Of a stretch of 64,000 bases of DNA, positions 1-13,600 are shown in pieces. Made by a program: the position numbers and the translations under genes. Origin of the DNA: Raillietiella orientalis (taxonomy: Eukaryota); NCBI GenBank assembly GCA_036172245.1, contig JAYWIR010000035.1, forward strand, positions 186,001 to 250,000, given 5' to 3'. The notes below the pieces were generated by a model, which worked only from the letters and a program-made list of their open reading frames with translations, was not told the origin of the DNA and ran no database searches. Each line of letters starts with the position of its first letter. The first letter of the stretch is position 1.

Positions 1-1410
1 TCCCGGAGGCGGGCATACGGGGAACGGCCCCTTTGCCCTTCTTCCTGTTCCGCCTTTCCTCTGCTCCCGACCACCCCGTCCTTCTTTCCGCCTTCCCGAG
101 CCACTGGCGGAGGCAGCGATCCCTGCTAGCAGCCGCCCAGGACCCCTCCCTCCCCCGAGATTCCCTTCGCCCCTCCCGGAAAAAAGCGGGAAGACATCCG
201 GGTAGCCTGCGAGGGGGCACACGTGGAAGAGCGGCGGGTTTTCCTCCCGGAAAGGGGGAAGTGGGGACGCCTCGAGGAACCGGAAAAGTGGACGAGGGGC
301 CAAAGGACGGGGGTGAGGGAGAGGACGACCCTGAGCGCTCGAGAGTCTCCCCCCTGGGCAGCCACAGGCCGGTGTTCATGGGATGGTGAGACCTTCCTAT
401 GAGCCTGCCTCGCCTCGCTTGCGTCTTCCCCACTCCCCCCCCCTATTCCCCTAAGATCTGCCCTTCAAGGGAAGAGACTGTGTTTGCGTGGAGGCCCGAT
501 CAGGCCGGGGGAAGGGAAGGAGGAAGGAGGGGGAGGGCGGAAACAGGAGCGCTCCCTCCGTGTTTCCATCACCCTTCCGTCCTGACCGTCTGTCCTGAGA
601 CTCTGGAGGTCACTTGGCAAGCTGCCGCGGAACGGGGGTTCGCCCGCCTTCCCCACGCTCACCCAGTGGAGCCCGCAGAATGAGGGGATTCCCGCGTGTG
701 GGGAGGGGGTCGATGGGGGGGGGCGACCGCATCCGACTTCCTCTGCAGGCCTCCCGACCGGGCGGGCCGGCACCCAAGGGGGGTCGCTCCTGAGCCACGG
801 GTATGGAGGCTCCCCTCCGTGCGCGCTCAGGGGGAACCGGATGCTACTCGGGACCGGTCAGCGCGATATCGGGCGGCGGGGGGGAGGAGCGGTTTGCCCG
901 GCAGCCGGGACGCAAGCGGGAGGTGAGGTTCGGCTCCACAGGGGTGCTAGCGGGGATGCAGGGTCGTGCATGTTGGACCCGGCTGCAGAGTCGCCGGGTG
1001 CACGGGCGGAGAGCGACTCGCCGCCTCGGGAGCAGGAAGTGGACGGGGAGGAGAGAAATGGGGCGACCATCGGAGCGATCCCAAGACTGGGGTCTCTCCT
1101 TTGTCGGCTGCTCTCTCTGCTCGCACCTCCTCGCCCGCGGGGATCTCTCGGGCACTCCTCCGGCAGGAAAGGAGGAGAGGAATTCAAGGAGAAGACGAGA
1201 AGGACGCAGGGGAGGGCAGAGAAAGGGGAGAGGCGTCTGCGACGCCGGGGAAGGTACCGTCTGCGCTTCTTCCCTTTCCTCCTCCCGTTAAACCCGTGTA
1301 AGTGGAGATCAGATCACTCCCACCCCTCGAGAGGCCGGTGCACCAAAGGCATCTCCCTTTCTTGGAAGGAGAGAGGGGACTTCCGGAGGTCCGGCGATCC
1401 TCCGTCCTTG

Positions 1411-1473
1411 ATGGATGACGCGACGTCCCTTCCTCCCGAGGAGGAGAGGCCGGACTCGGGGCAGTGCGAACGG
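1411..1473 (+). CDS. Candidate first coding exon of the Awh-like gene ([21 protein letters not shown])
   Basis: ATG at 1411 and 21 codons to a CGG|GTGACG donor, which is phase 0 and so compatible with the acceptor before 1652. The donor is weak and there is no homology support. Confidence 0.3.
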
Positions 1474-1651
1474 GTGACGAGGCGGTCTCTGGAGCCGCGC
1501 GCGCGCTGCCTCCGCGTGCCCAGGTTAAGTCGATGCCGCCGCGGTCACGCCCCGAGACTTTCGGTCCCGGTAGGCAGTTGTGCGCCCCTCTCACTCCTGG
1601 CGGTGGCGGCGGCGGTCCCGCCCCGCCCCGCCCCGCCTTCTCCCCTTTCAG

Positions 1652-4600
1652 AAGGAGGCCGGTGTGTGCGCAGCGTGCAACGAGCCCATCCACGAGCGGT
1701 GGGTGCTTCAGGTCAGCGACCTCATGTGGCACAGCAGGTGCCTGTCCTGCTGCGTGTGTCAGGCGTCTCTGGACCGGCAGCACTCCTGCTTCCTCAAGGG
1801 GGGGCAGGTATACTGCCGGAGCGACTACAACAGGTGAGGAGAAAGGGGAGGGGAGGGAGGGAGTTCCTCCGTCCCCACGGCCCGTCCCTGGCAGGATCTT
1901 CGGGACCAAGTGTGGGAAGTGCTCGAGGCAGGTCTCGGCCTCGGACTGGGTCAGAAGGGCCAGGGACCAGGTGTACCACCTGGCGTGCTTCGCCTGCGAC
2001 GCCTGCAAGCGGCAGCTGTCCACGGGCGAGGAGTTCGCACTCTGCGAGGACCGCGTCCTCTGCAAGGCCCACTACCTGGAGAGCATGGACGGAGGCAGCA
2101 CGTCCAACGAGGGTAAGCGTGGGCCGGAAAGGGTCGGCGGCGAAAGAGGCCCGCACGCACGCGCGCGCGCATCCCCACTTCCTCCTCCCCTCCGAGACCC
2201 GGGAGGGACACAAACGCGACCCGCACGCGTACGATCCACCTTCTTCGGTGAGGAGGGGGAGGGGGTGGAGGGAGTAGCAAGGGAGACTCATCCCTCCTTC
2301 CCTCGTCCGCACATCCTCGGTTCAACCGTCACGGCGCCTCGAGGAAGCACGTCACCTGGCAACCAGTTTGCTTTCCTCCCCTCATCCCCCCCTTCTTCCC
2401 GCTCGCCTCCCCATCCTGCCAGCCGGAAAAGACGACGACCAAAGCTCTGGAAGTTCTTCCCGCATGGGGGCAGAGTCCCCACCACCTCGTCCATTTGTGG
2501 TGGCAGCAGCGCGAGGAGGAAGAAGGGTGCGTCTCTTCCTTCCCTTCGTCCTCGGTCAACTCGCTCCCCCTCCCTCCCCCTTGCCTTCCCCTCGCTCTTC
2601 GAAACCCCCGAGTGAGGCAACACCCCGCGATCGAAAGCACTCGACTTGCCTCCTGGTGCCACATGTACCGCCTTAGCTGGGAACACGCAAGCCACCCTTG
2701 CAAAAGGCGCCCTGCTCCCGCTGCTGCGCCGCCCGTCCGGTTCGACGCATCCGCGCCTGCCCACCGTGAAAGAGTCCACCATAGGGTCCACGAGACGCGG
2801 TCCACCCGTGGGCGCGCGCCCCAATGATTTTCCGGGTCTTCGCGAAGAGATCATCTCCCCCTTACCGACCGACCCCCCTTTGCCAGAGTTCCTCGGCGGG
2901 AGAAGATGCATCCGGAGCAGCAGCTCCCGTGTCGGGATGTTCCTCACCTTCCCCTGCCTTCGAAGGACCGGTCGAGGGAGAACGGCGCCCACCATCCCTT
3001 CAGACTTCCGTTTTGCTGGCGCCCTCTGACATCCCTCAGATATCTGTCCCTGGTTCCTCGACGGCGAAGGAAGAAGGGGGAGGGAGGAAGAAGACGAAGG
3101 GAGGAGGAGCAAACTCTAAGCAGAGCAACCATCGCAAGAGGGCGAAAGAGGGTCTGCTGCCACATACGGGATGCGGTGCCCCGTCTCGACAGTGTCGCCA
3201 GCTCGAAGGCCTAGCCGTTCCCGGGGCGCGACGCTCATCCCCGCCGCCCACGCGCTCGCGCCCACGTCCCTCCCCTCCCTCTGGGAAAACTCCCCCATCC
3301 GCTCCGGTGAGCACCCCAGGCTGGAGCGTACGTGCGGGCTCAGAGGGACTGAGGGGAACCGAGCTGTGGGGTGCGGCAGTCCCGACCCCAAAGAACGAAA
3401 GAAAAAAAAAAGCAGAGGAGGAGAAAGAGGATGAGGGGAGAGCGAGGTGTACAATTAGGTCCACTTGGGTAGGTACGTACGGCGGCGGTCGTGTGCGCCG
3501 AGAGGGGAAGGGAAGGACCCACACTGCAAGCGCGGGTGAGCGATCACAATGAGGGAATTCTCTCCCGCGCCCGCCGTCGGTTGCGGGTAGGGCCGAGAAC
3601 TTCTCTCCCCCTCGTAAGCGAACGACGAAGCAGAACCGCTCCCTCCCTCTTTCTACCCCTTCCATCCCAAAGATCGGCTCCGCCGCTCGCGGAGGGCGGC
3701 GACGAGTGGATTTCCTGATCGGTGCCGCCGTCTCGGGTCCGCCGGAAGGGACGTGGATGGGGATGGGGGGGGGGGGAAGAAGGAGAAGTGGGAGAGGAAG
3801 AGTATCAGGCGGTGGTCACCATCTCGTTTGCTCTCCTTCCTTTCCCCGCCGGCCGGTTCTGTCTTTCTGCCCCCCCACCTCATTCCTCCGCCCCCGCGTG
3901 CGTCGAGCTCGCGCGCGCGCGTAACGAATCCCTCCGACGCGCACCCGTCCACCCTGTCGCTTTCCCCTCGCGTCCCGCCGTCGCTCAGCGGAGAGAGCAA
4001 GAGGGGGAGGAGAGAAAGAGGCCCCCGGGGGGGCAGCTGGTGTGACCCCGCTCCGGAGATTGACGAGTCGGAGGCCCTGACCGCGGGCGAGGTGCCAAGG
4101 AGATGCGAGACGAAGTGGAGGAGGAGGAGTAAGCTGCCAGGATTCCGATTCCCTGGGCCTCAGACATTGCCCCCGGCCTCTCCTTCCCCTTTTCCACAGT
4201 CCGTTTGGCAGCAGGGCTGGCACCCCTTAGGACTCATTCCTCCCGCCTGCTTCCTCCTCCTCCTCCTTCTCTCACTCTGCTGCCACGCACGCCGGCAACC
4301 TCCCGGCAAAAGCGCGACGGGAAACGGCGGGTCCAAAGCAGCGAAAATCCCGGAAACTCTCTCCTCGCCTTCTCCCCATCACTCCTGGACTCCTTCCTCG
4401 ATCTGTCCGCCTCCACCGATCCTTCCCCGTGGGACACGACGAGCGGCTCCTCTCTAATCATTTCGAGGGAGACCCGCCCCGAGGAGAAAGGCCTGCGCTC
4501 CGGCCCGCCACATCCTCCGGTTCCTGTAAACACAGGGGACGCGCCTCGTTCGTGAGGGTCGGATCGGAGAGAAATGGGGGGGGGGGGGAAGGGAACGGCG

Positions 4601-7600
4601 CGTAGGAGGCGACGTCCGGATATCGCGCGAGGGATACCTGGAAAGACCTTTCCTCCTCGGAAAGGGTGCGGTTCCTTTCCTCTCCCCCTCCTGCTCTTCG
4701 CCGAAACCTCGACGGCAGTCGCATTCGCGCGCATCCCGGAAGGGAACCCCCCCCCCATCCTCATCCTCCGAGAAGGGCGATGGCGCCATGTGATTGGCTG
4801 ATTTTGGTCCTGCTGTTTCTCCCGCCCGCCCGGGAACGCGGAGGATTTTTCCGGCCGCTTCCGGAGGATGTACCCGATGACGTCCCAGGAACGCCTGCCT
4901 CGACGCTTTCCTCTTTCTCCTCCCTCCCCCCGTCCTCTTTTTTTTGATCTTGCGCACGTCCCTTTCTTCTTCCTGGGCGAAACTGTAGCAGCATCCGTTT
5001 CAGAAAACGGAGACAGCGATTCCCAATCGAAGACGAAATCAAAAAGAGTGCGAACGACCTTCACGGATGAGCAATTGCAGGTGAGTCCTTAAGATTTTTT
5101 CTTCTTCTTCTTCGTCTTCCTTTTTTTTTTTTCTTCTTTCTTTCTTTCTTTTTTTTTTCTTCCATCTCGCCGCCCCCCAACCCCCCCGCCTTCCCCCCTT
5201 TTCTGCTTGCATCAATCAATCACCGAGATGCCCACCGGAGCCGCCTGTCTTTCACAAAGAAAATGTCCTCACGCTATTACGGGCCATTCATCAGCGAGGT
5301 GATGCATCACGCGTTCCCGTCCCTGTCACTTGTTCTCTCCCTATACTGCTGGAGATGTTACGTGCGCAGACGGGATGGAGGCGCCGCTGCCATCCCACGA
5401 AGAGCAGACGCAGCGTGGTACCCGAGCGGGAGTGTCCACGCACACACGCGCGCGCGCGGGGGGAGGAGCTGACACAGACGTAGGCACACCGGCCATCTCA
5501 CGCGTGAACCACGAAAGGTTCTTTCCGTCCCCATCCTCCTTCCCCCCTTCGGGACGGATTCGGGATGGTTTGCTGCTGGGCACACTCTCACGTTTGTGAG
5601 AAGGACGACGAGCGCTAGTGTCAGCTTGCGCGGCAGCCAGCGCAAGCTGACACAGAGATTTTCCTGTCTTTTGTTTTCGCTTTTTTGCGTATGTGTGTGA
5701 GTTTTTTTCCCGTCCTTTGGAAGGAAAGCCAGCCTTTCTTCCCCCTATCCTGAGCGCGTGGCGCTCAAGGTCTCCCATTTCATTACTCATGCGTTCCCTT
5801 TCCGGAATCGAGATTGGTGCCTCCGTTCCTGACTCTCCAGGAGCTCCGCCTCCAGAGTTCTTTCGTCCTCGCTTTCTCCTTTTCTCATGAACTCCAGTTG
5901 ACCACTCAATCCATTTCCTTCTTACCGCTTGTCCAGAAAGACCTCAGTCAGACTCCCTACCAAGGAGGTACTTCGCTACCAGCGATTCTTTTTTAAATTC
6001 CCTTTGAGCGCTAGTAACGTAGGTAATTCGGGTACGAGCAGTGAATGGGATTTGTTTTTAATACCGTTCGCTACCGTTCGACGCCATGCTTATTCACGCT
6101 CTTTATCCTCTTCTCTTCTCCCCATACAAGCCCACTCGTACGCGGAACGTCCCGGATTACGAACATATCCCTAAGTACGTTCAGAGTGTAGCAGGGAAAA
6201 TGTTCAGTGTTTGTTACGTTGTGAGATATGAGAACGCACTCCTCAGTGACGACGATCTTCTTGATCGTTTTTGCGCTCGAAGCTTCCCTACCTTCCCACT
6301 CGCCAGAATGAGATTTCGGAAAGTCAAAAAAAAGTTCACGTCGTTTCTGTAGATGAAGTTCAGGCATCTCTGCGAGCTGCACACAAAAGCTGACGACAAT
6401 GCGTGGCTTTCATATGGAACAAAATCGGTTCATTGTTGTGGTCTGCGAACATGATCGGATCATTGTTGTGGTCTGCGAACATGATCGGATCATTGTTGTG
6501 GGCTGCGAGCAAAAGCGGATCATTGTTGTAGGCTGCGAACATAATCAGTTCATTGTCGGAGACCGAAAGGGAATCCCGTCATTGTTGAGCCATCGGTTGC
6601 TTCTCAGCGTCAGACTCGGATAAATAAGAACGTTTGCGATTGCTTTCTGACGAAACGTCCCTCGGTGAAGTTTTCTGCCGGCCTCAGCGTGTGTGCATCT
6701 TAGGGATCCCAAAGAAACACTGACTGATGTTACGGAAAGATCCATCCCTGATTACAGCAATGAACTTATGAATAATAAAAGAATTTTCCAAAACTCGTGC
6801 GATCATGGCATAAATGGAAAAGAGTACAGCAACCAAAGCGTGAAGCTGTTGTCTCATCTTCCTAGGAAAAAAATGCTTGCGTGCAGGTCCCGTGTTCAGC
6901 TCGCATCCATTTTTTCGGTTTGTTGTTTTTCGGGTTGTTTTTTTTTCCTTTTGCGCATTTTGTACATTCCATGCCAAGCAGTTAGCCAGAATTGGCGCAG
7001 CGTGTCGTACATACCATGAATCGGATAGCAAAACTCAAACTCTTCGAAGAAACCGATAGATATACGATTAGGAGGTGAGAAAATACGTGGACGCGTGACT
7101 GGGAGAAGTGTCGCCCTTTGGCAAAAGGGGTGCCATTTGCTGTACATCGACCGGAGCTCAGAAGTGAGAGGCGATTTCGGAGTTGGAAAACTCATTAAGC
7201 TCCTCCAAACATGGGGAGTAATCGACGCAATATCTAAAGGTGCAATAACAGAAATCCACGTTAGGCGAGGAGCTTGTCGACTGAAGCCGGTGCCCATGCG
7301 ACCGTATGCTTGTGACAGCGCAAGCCTGCGTAGAAATCCCACCCACTCCGCCCTGTGATGGCATCACTGTAAACATCTGAGAAGCTAGGGTAATCGTTAA
7401 TTACTCTCGAAGGGAAGGAGGTGGAGGAATGATCGTTGCATGGTTTCTCATTGAACAAGCAAAATAGGAGACATGAGACCAGCTAAGAAAATTAATGGAC
7501 AAAATTGTGATGGCTTACAACTTTTCCTCGTGATCGAACTTTCATCCTATAGACAATAAGCACGCATGCATGCATACAACATGCATTTCTGATGCCGAAA

Positions 7601-10600
7601 ATATATACATAAAAAAAAAGTAGTAATTCAATTTCCGTCTGATTTTTAAATTATTTTTCAATTGTTCGGTTCCATCAGTATAAAGCATCATAAAAAGATG
7701 TGAAAGTATTACCCGGGGAAATTAAACCAACGAAAGTAGTAGACGAAAATAGCAAACGAACAAAAGTGTTCGATTGGTTTTGCATACGTCAGTTGCACTG
7801 AGAAATGCACTGCGACCTACATAAGAACGAAAATGTCTGCTGGTAGTGGAACTGTCAATCTTCCAATACCTTTCGAGAGTGCTTCAGGGCATAACTTTTT
7901 GATCTGCAGAAAAAGAAAAAAAAAAAAACATGCACCCTCGAGGAATGCATCGATCGTTCTCCCAGCTACACAACCACAATAAAGCAAGGTGTCACCAGAG
8001 CAGGTGGATGCGTGTTGTCAAGAAAAAACACATCTTGGATCTTTGGAAACTCCCCTGAGGACGAGCATCTGCTAGGCAGTCCTCGGATACTTACATCATC
8101 AGATGAGATATAGTACAAGAGTGCATTGCTGAGAGGGTTCGGGATCAGCATAGGTCGGCCGCCGATTTAGTCGTTTCGTTCTCCTTGCCTGGAGGCGTTT
8201 TCGTGCGTAGCGTTTCTGGATACTGGATCAGGTGGGAAAGGGAGGGAGGCAGGCATTCTGGGACCCTTGATCGTTTCGTCAAACACGATGAACGGATTCA
8301 ATCAGATCGCTTCGACCTGGATGATTCCCGTTCGTCTCTCCCGAGAGAGTTTTCATAGCCGTGTGCATGCGTTGTCCGAGCACCCCCCTTGCCGCTAAAT
8401 TGCGTGTTCCCAAACGCCCTTTCGGATGCGAGTACTCCCGCAGCGGTCGCTTACCAACCACGTCGCTCGAGCGCTGCATGCGTTTCAGGTCCAGTTCCGC
8501 TTCCAGGCCTTCCTGATTCTGGGATGCGCAATCCGATTCCGAATCCATAAAGCACCTTCCCGGAAGATTTACGCACAGCAGGCGTCTAAGGAATAAAGGA
8601 GGAACAAAAGGGCAGCTTATCAAGGAGTGAAAAGATTACCAGTAAATTTGACTGGAAAGATGAGGATCGGGGGGGAGGGGGCTGTCAGTGCTCCGCCGTG
8701 CTCTGAGATGTCACCCGGGAGGCGACATCGGAAGATATCCAACTCAAAGGATTTCCATCTGGAAGAGCGAGACGGCGAGGATTTCAGCGCAGCAGCGATG
8801 ATGAATGCTCGTGTGCTACTTGTGGCGGAGTCTTAAATCTTCCTGCGGCGGGCTCCGAAAAGCCGGGATGATGCAAAAAGTGAAAGCGCGTGAAGGCAGG
8901 TCAGAATGTCAAAGCTGAAAGGGTGGATTGAAAAATCCGGCCCTCACTGAAAGCTATCAGTGGAGTGTAAATCACAAAGACAAAAGCGGGCTCTGGATTC
9001 GGGCACCAGAGTGCGGTGGGCGTACGTTGCTACCGAGAGCGCAACTTCGTGATGCTGGGAAACCAAGCAGGAGGAAGGAAGAGACGGGAATCCGACCGAT
9101 TCGGTTCAGGCAGCGCGTCGGAACGAGGGAGCCAAGTGGCCGGAAAGAGCGCAGGGGCAGCACAGAACCATTGGCTTTTTTATTTTTCATTTTTTTTTTT
9201 TTTTGGGCCTCTGCCATCGCAACGATGGCCAATGAATTTCGAAATTTCGTCGGCAGCCTGGGGTCACGGGACGATGCGCTTGGATGTTCAAACGAAAACG
9301 TCGCCGGAATAACTGTGCAGCTCAGCAAGCAGGGTCCAGCCAGATGGAGGACTGCAAAGTGAAAGACAGGATGCATTGTGAATGGAAAGAACGCTGTTTC
9401 TCGAGATTGATGGTCCTGGGAAGGAGCATGATGGCAAAACAAATGATAATCGCTGATAATGTGGGATTTGAAAAAGAAGAAGAGGAAGATGAGGGGGGGG
9501 AAGGAAAAAAATGCCAACAGGCTTTCTTTTTTTTTTTTGCTGAAAGCACGGTCTTTCGAATTCCGATTTGTTGAAGGCTCGTTAAAAGGAAGACGCGGCT
9601 CAACCAAAGGCACAGCCACTGTGGATCCGATGAGGCAGACTTCGTCATATGAGAGCATCTCATTCGCTCTGCCGAGGAGGGGGGAAAAAATACGGATCGC
9701 ATCTTGTTGCCAGCAAGCCCTAATTCTTGTAGACCATTCTGATGGACATGTTCCTGCTCTCCTGGTTCGGAGCGGCAGGAACAGCCTCTTTCACGATCCA
9801 TTTCCAATCTCTCCTCACGATCCGCAACACTGAGTGCGTCTGCCAACGCGCCTAAGTGTTGCTTTCTTCCCCAAGAATGTGAGGTCGGGTGGGAGCTTCC
9901 AGAAGGTTCCCGTCCGCTAATCGAAACGCGACGGACGAAGGAGGCCTTCCCCTTGCTGTCCGAATTCGCTGTTCGCCAGCTGGCTAACCCTTTCCTGACC
10001 GTACCCGTGATCCTCCAACTTCGTGCTGCTTGAAGAAGCACGAAAGCAGGAAGCACGTGACCATTGTGGTGTACGGATGGTGATGGATTTTTGTCGCTCA
10101 GGAAGAAGTCCCTGCGACAAACCCTATGGCAAACAGCACGCAAAGAGATGAAGAGAAAATCGACTTTCGGAAAACTCCCCACTTTCGACCCCATGCTGAC
10201 GAAGTTCAGTTCTCCTGGACCTCGGTTTGGATATTTCGATTGCTTTCATAGGTACCCTTCTTCTTCTCTTTCTTCCCACGTACAGAAGGAAGATAAGCAC
10301 AGCTTCGTGATGGAACCACGAATTCCAAGATGAAAATCCTTCCGTCTTGTACCTCATGATCTCTTTTATGGTCAAGTCTTAACCTTGACTATACTCTTCC
10401 CTATAAGGGTACCCTCTCTTTGCGCCCATGCTCTTCGCTGGTCATGCAATCCGGCGCTCTGTGACCAGTGACCTTTTCGCGCATTGAGAACAGTGTGGTC
10501 ACTGATTACCTACGCCGCCCTACTCCATCCCCTATCCGATTCGTGAGGGCACGGGTGAGAACTTCCACGTAACCTCTTTCTTGCTCGCCTCGAGGGACTT

Positions 10601-13600
10601 TCTTCACCAATATGGAACCTCCCTTGGAGACCCTGATGGGCACACCTCCGCCGAAATTGCGAGCTGATCAGCTGCACTCCGGAAGTCACCAAGAAAACTG
10701 CTGAAGAATTGCTCTGGAGCTGGGGCTTCTCGGAGAGACTCTTGCCTCGGGGTACGAATTCGGCGATTCTGGGCGCTCCACCATGAGGACTGCTGACTGG
10801 GCTGCTCTCATTGACATGAAATTCCATCTCCCTCTATATGAATGCATCTTTTTCATGCTGCCAGAACTGCAAGGATTCTTTAAGAAAAATCCCCGCTCCA
10901 CGGTTTTTCTTTGAAGATCGCATCCGAAGACGGAGTTCCCTCGTGGGGCAACCGAAGGAAGAGACCGGATGACCTCTCGGTCATCCGGGTTTAGTAGCCC
11001 GCCTTCGCGCCCAGAAGGAGGAAAGCGATGGGAAGATACGATGGGAGAGCAAGGATGCTACCCCTTTTCTCTCCTCGAGACCAGGTTTCGATATGGGATA
11101 CTCGGACCTCCGAGTGGTGAAGGCCAAAAGGACGGTGAGGAGCAACCGACGGGATGCTTCCAATGCGAGGGGAAAAGGAAAGGGGCCCTCGAGTCGAAAC
11201 CTTAAGAGGGACTTGAGTCGTCTCAAGCACGGAGCCTTCCAAGAATTTTCTGTGATCCCAAAGGAATAGGTGGAGGAGGAAGGTCCCAAGGCAACGACTG
11301 GCAACGCGGCGCCAAGACGAGCTGAGAAGTGGCGGTGTCCGCTCACTGCTCACCTACCAGAGAATTCCGAAATGGCAGCAAAGGGGATCGACTCCACGGG
11401 ATCCCCTCGCGGCAGACGGACCGCCCTCGAACTCCCCTGCTGCCGCTTGATGGATGAATCCAAGGTTCCCATCGCCTCCTCTCCTGGGTTTCCTTTTGTT
11501 CGTTTCCCATCCCCCCCTTCATTTTTTTCTTTTCCGATCTCCTGGGATAATCCTCTGGGATTCAGGGAAACCACTCGAAAGAATGGAAGAATCCTTCCAG
11601 GAAGATTGCCTGGAAGTCTCCTCGACGGGCCTGGAGCTCGTGAGCGAACGCTCGCGCTCCTTCCTACCTCAGCAACTCTCTGATCCTGCAGGACGTCTCG
11701 TAGCGAGCGCGCCTGGAGTAACCCGGCTGCCTTGACCACGCGAGGCGAAAGGACAAAGGGAAAGCATAAGGGAACCGAACCGGAATGAACCGGGTTTCCT
11801 GCGCAAGAGAGAAGGCTTTCTCCCTCTCTCTGGATTGCCCGACGCTCGCCAAGAGAGCTGCGCCGCTGCCGGTGGGGTGTGCCCCGACACGTGAAGGGGA
11901 GGGGGGGAGAGAACGAACGAGGAACCGCTGAGGTTTCCTGTCCGCCTCCTAGAGGGAGCGAGCGGCTGCGCGAATCTGAGAAGAGGACGGCGGTAGCGGA
12001 ACAGACCAGAAGGCGAAACCTCCGTGGCGGGAGAGACCCTCGGAGACCTAGGGGAGCACGCGTTACCCCTCTCAGACCTTCAATCCGTTGTCTTCCGCCC
12101 CCGGTGAGCCGGTGGCGCTCTCTAGGCACCGACCGTGAGGTAGCCACGCGACGGCGAGGGCCCTACGGAGCCGCGCACCGCGCGCACGAGGTTCCCTCCG
12201 TTTGGGGCAGCTCCCGTCGGCCAGGGTTCCGAGATAGAGCTGAGATCGGCCCGCTGCGGCGGATCGAAAAGTGTCGCGAGCAAGATTGCCCGGGCCCGCA
12301 TCTGCCTTTCCGCGAGGAAAGGGAGATCTCAGCAGCCAGGAACTCCTGGGCTGCCACTCTCCGCTCGACGACATCCGCGACGTTCCCTCGGGAGGGGCGT
12401 GAGGGAGCGCGCGGACTGAATGAGAAGTCCCGTTTCGCCGACCCTACTCTTCCCGGGACGTCCTGACAGGGGTTCGGGCCCGCCGCGAGTGCTCGAGAGG
12501 GACGGGATCACGTGTCCAAGCCGTGGCAACGGCGCCAGCGTCACCACGGGCTCGGAGATAGCATCCTCGTCCCTCCATTCACCCCACTTCCCTGTCCCAA
12601 AGCGTCCTTGAAAACACCGCGCCCTGTCGGAGCAGCGCATGCACAAACCCGCCCTCCCGAGACCATCGACGCTCGTAGAGTCCCCTTCTGAGTATCCTCC
12701 GCCGCTGCGAGCGCCCCACATCGCGGGATGCCCAGAGCGCCCGGCGGGACCTTCTCCTGATCCCGTCCCAGCAGGGACCGGCAGCGTGTCCTCTCCTCGT
12801 TGGGTACGGAGTAACCTCCGTGGTTCGAGCTGCTGCGGGGCGGAGGCGCGGATCCACCTCCGTCTCCGCCGGCTTGGACCGCTCCCGAGCGCCGGCGCGA
12901 TCGCACCCGCAGGGGGCGTGCGGCATGCAGAGGGAACACTGGAAACCACGCCCTCGAGAACCGCTCTGACTGCTCGGATGCGATCACCGAGGGGCATGAT
13001 GGACAGGCACCCCCGACGATCCGGAGGGAAAATGAGCCCGGGCGACCGGGAGCTGAAGGTGTCGAGTCGTCCCGTTCTCCGGGTCGTCCTGAGTCCGATC
13101 CCTCCGGATCCCGGCTGACCCAGGGCTGCGGTGGAGGAGAAATCCCCTTCCGCTCGTGTCTCCCGGGGGAGAGGGGGAGGAGGCAGGCCGCCGAGGACTG
13201 CATCTCTCTCGTTTCACCACCGCTAACAGCTCCGCGCCTGCGTAGGTGCGGAGCGGTCTCCGCAGTACCGTCCGTTCCTCCCCGGGTTGCTCCCAGGATT
13301 CGGAGAGCGCGGAGGAGGAGCAGCGAGCTGAGCCCGGGGTGCCCCGGGCGGAAGGCAGGGACGCGTCTGGAAGGGAGAGCTGCGCTCGAATGCGCGCCAG
13401 GAGCGCCAGGTCGGAGGACCCCATTCCGCGATTGAGCCTCCGTCGAGGGGCGCAGCTTGCTCGCCACCAGTTGTGCTTCCGATCCCTGTCCTCTGCATCC
13501 CTCCTGCATCATGACGACGTCACCCGCCTCTCCCCTCGGCTCAGGACGAGACGTCCCTTGTCCTTCGCACGCGCGCGGGCCCTCCATTCGTCGGACGGCA

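Noticed and set aside
1521..1530. CAG|GTTAAG donor as end of Awh first exon
   Set aside because: It is phase 2 relative to ATG 1411, incompatible with the phase-0 acceptor before 1652.
841..2615. Long ORFs 841..2277 (478 aa), 1464..2615 and 1184..2065
   Set aside because: Arg/Pro/Gly-rich shadows of very GC-rich DNA. Only the LIM-domain exons inside them are supported by motifs and splice sites.
6417..6560. CRISPR-like array
   Set aside because: The repeats are contiguous with no unique spacers, the context is eukaryotic, and there are no cas genes.
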